Under the pieces are notes generated by a model. That model worked only from the letters and a program-made list of their open reading frames with translations. It had not been told where the DNA came from and searched no databases. DNA of 64,000 nucleotides from Amoebophrya sp. A120 (Eukaryota > Protista > Dinoflagellata): NCBI GenBank assembly GCA_905178155.1, contig CAJINV010000005.1, positions 3,585,968-3,649,967 of the forward strand. Direction: 5' to 3'. The position numbers and the translations under genes are program-made. This document shows, piece by piece, positions 34,921-46,503 of the stretch. The stretch's first letter is position 1, and each line of letters opens with the position of its first letter.

Positions 34921-35275
34921 CGCTCTGCGCATCCCAGGATTTCTGCGACTCCGATTCCGAGGTGAATTCCCGTGGTAATACTACTAGTAGGGAAACACGC
35001 TTAGTAGTATATGAACAATCTCGACACGAATCTGATGCAGCCGTTCTATGCAAGGAGCGCTATGGCAGCTGCTCAAATGGCCGGCCATAGTTGCGCATCG
35101 GTTTCCAGTTTGTTCGCGCTTCGCTTCCGTCGTAAAGCGTCGCTATTCATAACCTCTAGCCTTTTCATAATTCCATCACGGTGCCTCATCAACAAACTTG
35201 GTCCATATTATAGAAGTTTGAGTTTCCTAGTTTTTTTTTTCGTGCCTGATGCTGATCGTGTGCTGATTCGTTACA

Positions 35276-36627
35276 CTACATCTTGATCTCGAGTGGTAGA
35301 TCGATAGGGTCTTCGTCACCCAGGTCCAGCTCCGCTATAGTCTTCCCCACTCTTCCCCGACCCGGAAAATGTCCGATCCGGGCCGGGCCCGACATCGGTC
35401 CACTCCCCTGGCCATTTGCTCGCATTTTTTCTTCGAGCGCGGTAACAATTAAACCATCTAGCTCAGAGCGCCGGGTTAGTCGTCTGGCTGGCCGAAACCG
35501 GGCGGCCGGACGACTAACTCGGGACTGTAAGTCGGAGACATTTTCTGTATAGCGACTCCGGACCTGACTACCCCGGCCCGAGGCGTGTTGTGAAAGCGCC
35601 CGGGTACCATATGAACCATAGACACGTTTTGTGCAACATGGTTTTTGTGCTTTCCAGGCTTTCCGACCAAAGACAATTTTAATCGAAAGCCGTCGAAATA
35701 GCATGCACAAAATTCCAGAAGTTCGCCATATTTTTTTGTAGACGTCCTCACAACATTGGCTGGGCCAGATTTATGGGGGGTTGTCGCTTGCGAAATCTTT
35801 GTAGAGAAAAAAACTCGCCGACCTATGATCCCAAGTTAGTCGCCCGGCCGCTCGAATTGATTCGAGCGAGCTGCCGACTAACTCAGGGATCCGATCTAGT
35901 TGGTTCAATTGTTACACTGCGCCTTCATTCGATGTCTTATTTGCTCCTGAGACAGACGCTCACCAATCGGTGCTTCCGCAGGAACCGGTCCCGGCGGTTC
36001 TGCTTCTCCGAGTGATATTATATTTTTACGTCGCAAATCCCCGCGCTCGCGCCCGACGCTTGGAGTACCCAGCTGTGAACCCGTCGTGGAAGACCCCGCT
36101 TCGCGAGTTGGAGCAGGTGGTCGGGTTTTCAAGAACGACTTTCCGCTTTCATCCACCGCTCCGAAGTCGCCATCCGCGAGCAGATTTAGGTCAGCGTCTT
36201 CGGTAGAGACGTCGGTTTCCTCCGCGACCATGTCCGCGTTGGTCGCCACTTCTTGGAGGACTTTTGAGGAACCAGACGCGGGTCGAACTGTGGCCGCGAG
36301 CTTTTCCTTCGTAGTAGCAGTTTGCGGCGGTGGTCCTTCTTGCATCGTCCCACCGGTGTGCCCCGGTGCCTTCCCGGTTCCCAGTCCTCCGTCATTCCCC
36401 AAAGGAGCTGCACCACCACTGCGATTTTCAGTTTGTTCCGTCGTGGCCGCCATCTTCGAACCCGACACAGCCCGCAGGAACGCGGTGGTCTCATACTGGT
36501 GGTGCCCCACAGACGCTGCCCAAAAAACTGCTCGAATAAACGCGACCGGGGCGGGCTGCAGAGAGGTACTACGGGGGTAGAAGCACCAGAGGCCCCGCCG
36601 ATGTCCACTTCTCGTCATATTTGTCAT
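35276..36627 (-). CDS. Hypothetical protein related to the 32.7-34.9 kb gene (LLADGDFGA motif)
   Basis: ORF 35905-36627 carries DLNLLADGDFGA. It probably continues into ALEEKM...IKM* after the foldback element. Confidence 0.45.
35442..35915. mobile_element. Foldback/MITE-like element with TIRs and two internal hairpins
   Basis: gtaacaattaaaccatctag versus reverse complement gtaacaattgaaccaactag. Hairpins gttagtcg...cgactaac at about 35475-35519 and 35836-35883. Confidence 0.7.
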
Positions 36628-37928
36628 GCTGGTACGTACCCGCGACAGGACTGGTCCGCTGCCGGTGCCGCCGAGAAACGTACTGAAAGCTCGTGCCCGC
36701 GAGCGCGAGCAGCAAGGTTAAAATGCACTCGACCTCTGCTCCCACCGGTACGCACGGCCGGATAGGCAATCGTGTCTCAACTACGTGGCGAAACAAGCCG
36801 AAACTCAAGATTTTGTCAAAATATTGAGGCCCTCAACATGTCCACCTCCCCGACGAGAATACTATACTTTGTGTTCGTCGTACAGCTAATATCAGCCTCG
36901 ACGTCGCTTTGAAAAAAATCTAGATGTGGGAGAAATTTGCACAGCGTGCCGTCGTCGTGTGAAATTGAAATTGTTGCAATCTTATCCTTGTATACAGAGA
37001 TGAATTACTGATGTGTCTACGACGAGAGAATTCGCGATGTGCCTACGACGAGCACAACGACCCGGGAAACGATTCGCGTGGTCTTCCGCGTTTGATTGCA
37101 CGAAGCCACGACACCTCCAACAAGCTAAATATGATCGCAACGCCTTTGTTTTTCATTTTCTTTTTCTTGTAGTACACGAGGACCACGACGAAAATTAGCG
37201 ACCTTCTTGATGAAATGGCATCCACGAAGAAAAAGAGCCCCCTGCTATGCGTATTCGTGAAACGTCGATAATGAAACGATAAGGTGCGCTTTCCTAGTAT
37301 ATTAAATGCTGTTGAAATAAAAGAGAAGGAGACGGGCTGAAACAAACCGAAGCACTCTAGTGGCATTTTCTCAACGGGGGACGCGGAGAGGCGACAAACG
37401 AGTCAGCCCATCTTGTCGCTTCTGCTGCAAAAAGCTATGCTGGAAACCATGCTCTTGCGAGGTCGTTTGGTAATCGCCTTCGTGTTCGACCTTCGTCCGA
37501 CGTTTCCAAAAAAACTGCGACAGAAAGCTCCTTGCTGCAATGTTGCATCTGGGCCGCAGCAGGGAGATGTTGTCGGCTCTCTCACACATGTTTGAGTTTG
37601 ACAACTTTATTTTACAAATGATTATATGTGTGGGTGAAACTGAAGAAAAAACCATCTGCAATGATAATTAAAGGCCATATCTTCTACCTTCGATTGCAAC
37701 GAGGAGTAGAAGCATGTGCATCCGTTCCATTTTAGTGGTGTGTAACATTTAGTATGTGGTAAAAAGCTCAGACAGCAGTAGCGACGAGCAGGTTTATTTT
37801 CCATTCGAGTTTAGCAAAGTTCTCAAACAAAATATTTTATTTTATTGAAGGTGCACTTGAAAATGAATTGAAATTCAAAGAAGTACAGCCAGGCAATTAC
37901 TCTTGATCATTTTATTGATGACTTTTCG

Positions 37929-40900
37929 CTACACATACTGTTCATCCTCGTACAAGGACAGTCCGAGCAGCCGCACCGGGGTCCCGTCCATGTAAAGCTC
38001 GCTAGCTCGCCCACTGAGAGGACTTGTACTTCCCGTCTGGTTTTTTATGCTTATCCCCATTTTCCTCTGCGGACGCGTCGCCGGTTGCGGCGGCAATAGG
38101 GGCGACTTCTGCGCCGGATAAAGGTTTACGTTTAGCATCTGCGGCTCGCGGTCGTGCGTTGGGAAGCCCTTTTGTACGTAAGTGGTTGATTTCAGCTTCA
38201 GGAATAAGTTGCAATTGCAAATGAAATCACAAAAAATGCATGTTTGTCAACGTGATCAATGCCCAGCATGTAAGTAAATCTATCATGATGATCAGATTCT
38301 TGACCCAAAAGCAAGACGAGCAAAAAAACACTCATACCGTCGTGTCCTCCTGCTCTCGTCTACCACCCAACAACTTTATGCTTGCGCTGCTTGGCCCACT
38401 GAAAGAGAGCAGCGAATTCCTTGTCTGCAAAGCTGGCTCCTTGCGCCTCGGCGGGCTAGACTGGCGAGGCACCAACGCCGGCGACGTCGCGGCCCGGGAG
38501 TTCTGCAACAGAGTGCGTTTGTCCATCCTGGTGCTCGAAAAGATCATACCCTGTGCTACGGGCGAATGCCCCCACACAGTATCTCCTGTGGTCCCGTCTG
38601 CTTTCGAGTCGCCTTGCATCACCAGCAGTGAGGCTCCTGGTGTCAGGCGGGTACTAGTAGACGATGTAGTTGTAGTATTTCCTCCCATCATCAACGGGGG
38701 AAGACTAGCGTTGGGAACGCCGAAGTGGTTTGGGTTGGTGCCGTTGCTTGGTGAGAGACTACTGTGACCCGGGTGGTTTGCTGTTGTTGTTGAGACTGTA
38801 GTCGGTCGCACCATTGGCGAAATGGAAGACCTGGATCTCTGGGTGGAGCTGCTCCGACGACGTGGCGCGAGATCCTCTAGCGCTGCTGGAAGATAAAAAG
38901 AATTCAAGGCTGTAGTTCTTGTGTCAGCAACTACATTTGATGCTAGCGAATAAACTCCGGGCGGAAGGTCTAGCTGGACCGGCGACGGTGCCTGCAGACC
39001 AAAGGTGGAGGCTGTACCTAAATTGAATTTGATGCAGGTTCATGGATGATCAACGACCTACGTGAAAAGGAAAACTTGGTTACATTTGCAAGAAAATACA
39101 CACGCAGCCTGTGCCTGTCCCGACGGTGACCGCATCAAAAATAAGCTACAACATCGTCGGAGGTGGGATCCGTGATCGTGGTGACTCAATGGCAGCGCCA
39201 GCGGGTGTGATATAGTTAACACGCAAGCAAAATAGAGTCCTTCACCTTACCTGCGCGATTCACCATTCGTAAGCTGTTTCTTGACACGTGCACGCCTCGT
39301 GGCGGCGAGATGCTCGTGCTTGACGTCGTCGTCACCACTGGACCATCCTGGCTCGCAGAAGCTGCTGCACCAAATTCCAACACTTCTCCGGGCCGAGGAC
39401 CCGCATGAGAGTTAGTAACTCCATCTTGATTGCCAGTCACCCTTCCGGTTGAGCGCGCAAACTGCTTGCTTGCTGGTGACGTCGATGTGGTTTCAGTTTC
39501 TGCTCCTTGATTTCGTTGATGTTCTCGTAGCCCTTCAACCGGTTCACCAGATGCTTGTTCGCTCCCCGCAATGCCGATAGTACGGTCTTTCATCATCGGA
39601 TTCGGCTGTTCCTCAGCTCCTGCGGAATCCGTTTCCTTCGTGCCCACAGGAGTTCCTGCCGTCCCTGCGGCTATTCCTTCTCCAGAAGCTGCAGCTGCTG
39701 CTGCTGGAGCGGTACCGCTAGCGGTAGCCACCCCCACCCCAGCTGCCTCCCGAATCCGCCCGAGCTCGCCTTTCAGGGTATTCAGGTAATTCTCCAGTCT
39801 CTTGTATCCTGAGCAAAAACGTCCCCACACCAGAGTCAAGATGAGGATTTTGCAACACAAACGTAGAAGTTTTGGGACTCATGCATCACAAGTTCAAGCC
39901 CGTACTGTAGTGCAGGTTAGCAAGGGCTAACGCATCACAAATCCATCTGCTTATCCTGGTTACAGCATTACAAAAGCCAAAACACGACTAGAAATTCCGC
40001 TCATGGAGATGCGCATTACAAATGTGCCTGTCAGTGCAAATCTGCATGACAACTCTGGGGCGGGGACGTTTTTACACATGATATCTTCTTTTCCACGTTC
40101 CATGACGCCTCGGCCTGCAGCCGCTGTAATATTGCAGTTAAAAATGCCCCCACCCCCACAGTCGCAAAAATTTGTGATGCGAAGTTTCCAAAGGAAAACT
40201 TTTTGTCATGCATGAAAGGAGTATGAATCTTTCTAATGCAGGGTCTAGGCGTATATCGCATCGCTTGCACGACAAGCGCCGCTCTTGCTGGGATCGTTTG
40301 CAATACAAGTGGTTTTTGCTATTCACGATTGGAAATCTGTGATGCTGATAGATGCAAGAGGGCGAGTGTTTTTTTTGGAAAGGTTTGCAATGCAAATACT
40401 CCCAAGTTCGGGGGTGGGGGCATTTTTCATTGTAATATGTAACTCGATCTGTTTGCTCTCGGTCTGCCGCTCCCTGTGCTCCCGCTCCTCGTCGTGGTGA
40501 TGACCTTCCTCCGGCACTTCCAAGTGGTGCGGGTCCTCGGTCGGGAGGTGGAGTTGCAACAAGTCGTTTGATTGGAGCAAATCCCGCTCCACCGCTTCCA
40601 ACCGTGCCTGGATCTCCTCTGGGCTCATACGCGCAAATACTTTTCTTGAAGACGATGATGTCGGCGCTCCAGGAGCAGCAGTAGGCACCAAATTCAAACC
40701 GCTATTCGTTGCAGCATCTTCATCCTTACCCAAGGCCTGCTCCGCTCGTGGCCAGTAGGGGTGCAACAGCATGCCCGTATCGCTGCGTAGTTTGTCTTTT
40801 TCCTGGATGATGGAATTTCTCGCAATCGCAGCGGCCGAGGGACTGTTGGAGACCAGCAGGCCACCGGTGCTGCCCAGCGACCCACGGTTCGTCCTATAGG

Positions 40901-43900
40901 AGCCGAACGGAGCTGCGGTGGCGGCACTGAAGGGTATGCTATCTTCATCCCACTGACGAGCGGGCGCGCGCCCATCGGCCGAAGATCTTTTCGCAAGACT
41001 CTGACTCTCTGCGGACGCGGAGGCGGTCATAGTTGCGGCAGCTGCATAAAAATCTCCTGTGCTGGTGTTGTTCTGCATCTCATCTGCGTGCAGAGTATCG
41101 TCGAAGTCGGGATCAGCTTCGTGCGCGAGCCACCGATATGGATTGCGAAAGTGTCTGGGTCTGGAAGATTCCGGGGTTTGTGATGCATATTTTGTATGAT
41201 CCATGGCGCATGCAATGCATGATCTAGCATCGCAGATTTTTAGAGGGCTTCCTGATGTCTATTCCGCATGAGAATTTCGCTCTCCGCGTGACACAAACTG
41301 GATTCCTGTTGCTGGTCACGCAATACAGATTTTTTTGGAATCCAAAGACAGCACGACAAGTTGCAATCTCCCAGACCCAGACATTTTTGCAATCCATAAC
41401 CGAATGTCCCCGGTGGTCACGCGGGTTTTCCCCGGCGGGGAGATGATTAGCGAAGACAGTTGCGCTTCCGCGGTCGTCGCAAGGGATTTGGTTATTTTCG
41501 CCGTTCTTGTTGTACTTAGGGGATCCGTTGTTTGGCCACTAGAACCACCTGGAAGAGTCTCCTTCATATCCACGTTTACCAAGCCAATCGGCTGCGACAT
41601 CTTCGTGCTCTCGTCCTCATTGTTCAGCTCCACCGTGACCTGCTCCTGGTCGTTGTCAAAGAGTGACCCCGTTTCCTGCTGTAGGAGTAGTTCCTCACCC
41701 GGCGACATCCTTTTTTCGATCATATCCTTCGCCTTCGTTTCGTCAGAGATATTTATCGTGGCTCCCAGTAGATCATCTTGCTCGACTGCAGTGCTGTGAG
41801 CACGGACAGGCACAGCATCAGCATCATCTCCGCCCGCAGCCAGAGACTCCGCGACTGCCCGGTCGGCGTCGGTGCTGCGGTTTTGCTCGTAGGTGAAATT
41901 GATGACGCTGGTGCCCATGATCGGGGGAGAAAAAGATGACCCAGGCTTGTTTCGCTCTTCCTTTTCCGCCCCTGGGGAAACCGCAGCTGCTGCTGTGGGC
42001 GGAAGCTGATCTGTTGCAGATCCGTTCAACAGTGTGGTCGAGTAAGTTGCACTCGCTGGACTACTTGCAGCTGTGAAGGAAGCGTCATACGCACCGCCAT
42101 ACAACTCGTAGCTGTGCTGATTGTAGTTGTACCCTCCACGACCCTGCTCAGAAGTTGGGGGTGCATAAGCATTTTCCAAACCACCATCGGTAACGTTAGC
42201 GCTGTAGCTGTACTGAGCTCCAGCTGCAGTGTCATAATGCTCGTATGCGTACGGCGCAGCTCTTGCAGTTGTACCATAGGCCGCGCTAGAAGTTTCGTTT
42301 GTTCCGTTTATGGTTCCTACGTCAGTTCCTCCTGAGGCTACTGCGCCAGCAGTTGCAGGAGGTGTCGTAGAAGTTGCTTCGCCGTAGTATGCAGCGTGCG
42401 CTGCGTAGTGATCAGCAGCTGTGGTGGTCGAAGATGCAGATGCTGATGATCCCGCAGCTGCTCCATACGCCTCGCTAGTCGTACCTCCGACAGTATACGC
42501 GTAATTGTTGGCGGCCGTGTTGGAATTATCGCTATACTCAGCCACCACGCCTCCGCTGGTTCCAATCGTACCTGAGGCCGTTGGAAAATAACCGGAACTA
42601 GATGTAGTTCCGAGGTAGTTAACATCAGGGGGAGCAGTGCTTCTTTCTGTTACTACCTTCTGGCCCTCCTGGTATTGCAATTTCTTGTTCTGTTGCTCCA
42701 AGTAGTAAGCCGCGCTCTGTCTTGCGCCACTGGTCGTGTTTCGTAATACTTGGTATCCACTGGCATAGGACGAGGCTGCTGCTCTACTTGATGATGATGC
42801 GCCAGCGGCAGCGGCTTGCTTACCTTTCATCATGCCACTAGTACCTGCTGTCCCACTTGCAGTTGTGGCGCTGGTAGAAGTAGAAGATGCACTACTTCCA
42901 GGTGGAGCGACAGATCGTCGCGATGCGCCGGCTGCGCGTTCTTGCTCCTGTGCAGGAAGAACTTTCCTATCACCACTTCCACTACCGCTCGCACTCGTCG
43001 TCTTGCCTACACTTGTTGCCGGTCCGCTCGCGGCGTTTCCGTCCCCCTGCTTCCCAGCACCTGCACCCCCTCGTCCCCTCAAATGCAGGAAGTTCGCCGC
43101 GGCTTTGATCTTTGCGGCCCGCTGTCGAGAGGCCATCCGCGCCGTCGGAGAAACCGGCTTGACTGCCGGGGCGGGCACCACTTCTTGGTGATAATCTTTA
43201 TCTTTCTCGTTATGCTGCTCTTGATTGTAGCTGTACTGGTGAGGATCGTAGTACGCAGTGGCAGTAGAATTATTCGTTGCCCTCGGGGCATACGCAAGTG
43301 GCGGATTCGGCGTTTTGCCAGCGGCGTAGTAGGAGTCTGACGTTGGACTTGCGCTTGCTGCACTGTAACTTGCTGCTGTGTTGTCCGCGTTGTAGCCGTA
43401 GTAACTCTTGCTCGCTGTATAAGACTGCTCAACCTGATGTTCGTTCGTAGTTACGCCAGCAGATATGCCTGCGGCTGCGGCGGCACCCGTACCCGCAGCC
43501 TTTGGTTGTCCCTGCTCACGATGCCCCGCCCCGTCGGGGCTGTAATCGTGCTGCATCTTCATGAAGGTCATGGCCGCTTTCAACTTCGCACGTGCACTCC
43601 TCTGGGGAGAAATCCTGCGGTCCTGCTCGATTACAGTCTGGCTGACACGGGTGCGAAGACTGTCTGGACTTGTCGTACCGTCCTCCGCCCGCACATTGCC
43701 ACCGCTTTTCCGCTTTACAAGTAATCGGGTGCTGTCTTCAACTTCATCTTCATCAGCATAAGGCTCGTGCTGGTCGTGCTCTTGTTGCGCATTGGTAGTG
43801 TAGCTATAGACCGCTGACGCTCCTACTGCTGCTGCTGGTGTCGTGTCGCCAACAGCAAACGCTGCTTGGTCTGGATCTGGAATTGCGTCGTGTCCGGGCG

Positions 43901-45512
43901 TGACAGGATGATGCTCTTGATCAAACGTCTCTGCCGCTGCACTAATGCCCTCGTTCGCGACGTAGTTCTCTTCCGCTTTCGAGAACATCCCGCGCATGCT
44001 GGAAAACTCCGTGCCTTCCGGATACTCATTACGAAGGTAGTTCGTCGTTGCGAGCGGGCGGAGGTCTGTTTCGGGTCCTGTTTGCAGGTCGTGTTCTTGT
44101 GCATCATGTGTAGGTATTGCAGAAATGTGGGCCGCAGCCGGACTACTTGCCTCATCAACAGAGCCTGTTGCTCCACCGTCGAGAATAGAAGACGTTGACG
44201 CAGCAGCGCCGTCAACTGTCATGATCGCAGCTGCGAGTCGTGCGCTTGTTCCACCATTCGGGGGGATTTGTTCCTCGTTCGCTTCAACTTCATGCTGTTC
44301 CGTCTTCCGAGTTATTTGTTCAGACAACTGATAATTGTTTTCTTCCTCGTTCTTCTGATCTATCTCTGCGTTAGCGTTCATGTTTTTCTTGAAAGTGTCC
44401 TCCACTTCCACCTCGCGCGCAGACAAAGCACCACTTGTTTGTGGTTCTACTTTTTGAAAGTTATTCTTATCCTGGACATCATCGCCATCCGGATCTTGAA
44501 CGCGATCGTCTTCCTCGTCGTCGGGGTCCATCACGCTTGTGAACGCGTCGCCGCGTTCGAACAGGTCAACAAAATCACGGTCTTTCTCTACTTTAACAGC
44601 ACCACTGTCATTCGCAGCTGGCGCTGGCGGTGGAGATCTCGTGGTTGCCGGCTCGTCACCAGCTTGTACCTTATTCTCAGCACCACCGGCGTTAACGTTA
44701 TCCGCGGCCAACGAATTATCAGTAATATGCTCCTCGTCTTCGGTCTTCGGCGACAGTACTTGCGGCGTTTCTCCCTTTTCCGGAATAGTCGGAAGCTGCT
44801 GCTGATGTGCTGGTGCGATCATGGCGATTTTGATGTCACCAGATAAGGTGACAGCATCTGCTGCATAATTCGTGCTGTTCATGATCACTCCTCCTTGTTC
44901 ATCATGCTGCGAGACCACGATTTCATGATCCTCGTCGTGATCGTCGTCGTGTCTAATCTCGTGCATAAAAGAATCCTCTTCTGCTCTCCTGATGTCGTGC
45001 GTCGAATCAACAATGTCAGTGGCACTACTTGCTGCTCCTGCCGTGGTCTTCAGGCCCGTTCCAACATCTGGCTTTGTGCCTTTTCCATTTGCAGACTGCA
45101 CCTCGTCTTCACTTCCTCCTGCTCCTGCGGGAGACAAGCCGCTCTTATCCTTACCCCCATCTAAGATTGCGCTCGAGCTCTTCGCCAATTTTGCCTTGCT
45201 CGCCATCCGTTTCGCTTGCTTGTGGAACAAGGTAAGGCCGTACGCCGCTGCCAGCACGTCCATATCCTCGCCCGCGACCGCATCGCCGAAGAGCGTCGTG
45301 TTACTGCGCCGCTTTTCCTTCTTGGAGCTGCTGGGGGAGCGATGCTTGGTGCCCAGTTCCGGACGGTCGATTGCGGTACTGGTGGGGCTGAGCTTGCTTT
45401 TATTGGCAGCGCTCGTGGAGGTGGAAGCAGATGAGGACGAAGCATTCGCATTTTGTAAATCTACAACTTCCACAACAGGATCAGTTGCGCTAGCAGCCGC
45501 CGAGGACGCCAT
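37929..45512 (-). CDS. Very large (roughly 2,100 aa) low-complexity Ala/Ser/Thr/Tyr-rich protein
   Basis: In-frame chain across introners 41137, 40130 and 39805 (with a 41-bp micro-exon at 40084-40124) and GT-AG introns 39018-39250 and 38196-38337. Confidence 0.75.
39805..40083. mobile_element. Introner-like TIR element
   Basis: tatcctgagcaaaaacgtcccc / ggggacgtttttacacatgata. TSD TCTTG/TCTTC. Join EKK|RLENY. Confidence 0.9.
40130..40437. mobile_element. Introner-like TIR element (family C)
   Basis: tattgcagttaaaaatgcccccaccccc / gggggtgggggcatttttcattgtaata. TSD TGTAA. Join IELQ|RLQAE. Confidence 0.92.
41137..41398. mobile_element. Introner-like TIR element (family A)
   Basis: tatggattgcgaaagtgtctgggtctgg / ccagacccagacatttttgcaatccata. 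TSD ACCGA. Join GDIR|WLAHE. Confidence 0.95.
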
Positions 45513-46503
45513 TGCTCTTCAATTTTTCCGTCGGTGAAGTTGTTCAAGTTCTTCGGGGCGAGTAGAGCAGCTCATACCACGACAAAACTAGCACTGACTG
45601 CAGCTACTTACGGACCTGCAACATGATCGTAGAGTTCTGAGATCATTATAGCGCTAGCATGGCTTGGAAGTTCAAGTTGAAACACGCCCGCCACGATGGA
45701 GCGGCATAGCCTAGTGATCAAGATCATGTGTTAGAAGAATATGACACGAATGAAATAAGACATCAGACAGCTACCGCCCACACAAATAACGCGTCACGAT
45801 TTTTTCATTTTTCCTGATACTCACGACCATGATTCCACCCACCAGAATCGGTTGAAATCGCAAAAGCTACGACCTGAATATACAACAAGACGATAAGGAC
45901 AACGATTCTACTACTTAGAGCTGCAGCAGGTCCCACGATGGCGATTCATTTCTTCACGATTATAATTTAGAAGAGCACGAAAGACGAGTTTCAGGCGCGT
46001 CTAATGAATATCTAGAAAACTGTCAAGGTCATCAAGGAACTGATCGTCGCCTAGCACCGCGACTTGCTGTCACTGAGAGCGTACCGCACGTAAGTGGTGA
46101 ACGAGATGACGACGGACATAGTAAACCAGTCGACGAACAACAAGTACAGCTGCGGTGCCACTATGTTCAATTTCGACCAGCAGCTGAATGCTCTTGCTGC
46201 TTCTCATCGTATTCATCAGGAGCAGTACAGGTTCAGCAACACTTCTACAACTGAGTTGTGAGTCAGTTTTCATTTCAGCAGCACAGTCAAGCAATGAGGT
46301 AGAACTGCGAAGCTGCAGCAGCTGCAGATGTTGTGACAGTGCGACGAGTCGTGTCAGTCATGTCTCAGAGGAAGAAGAGGCTTGCGCTCTATGTATAGTA
46401 TCCGTATCACCAACGGATAATGAACGGAGGAAATAATCATAGCTACGCATAGCGGGGCCGGGGCGGCCTTGTCCCCGCGGCGAAACACGACGAGAATTGA
46501 AAC

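Noticed and set aside
142-41398. Recurring ccagacccagacatttttgca repeat as a CRISPR array, or the shared peptides (SNAKMSG, PDPDIFA) as a protein domain
   Set aside because: Copies are dispersed, paired as inverted repeats with TSDs, and there are no cas genes. The peptides are ORF read-through into element ends.
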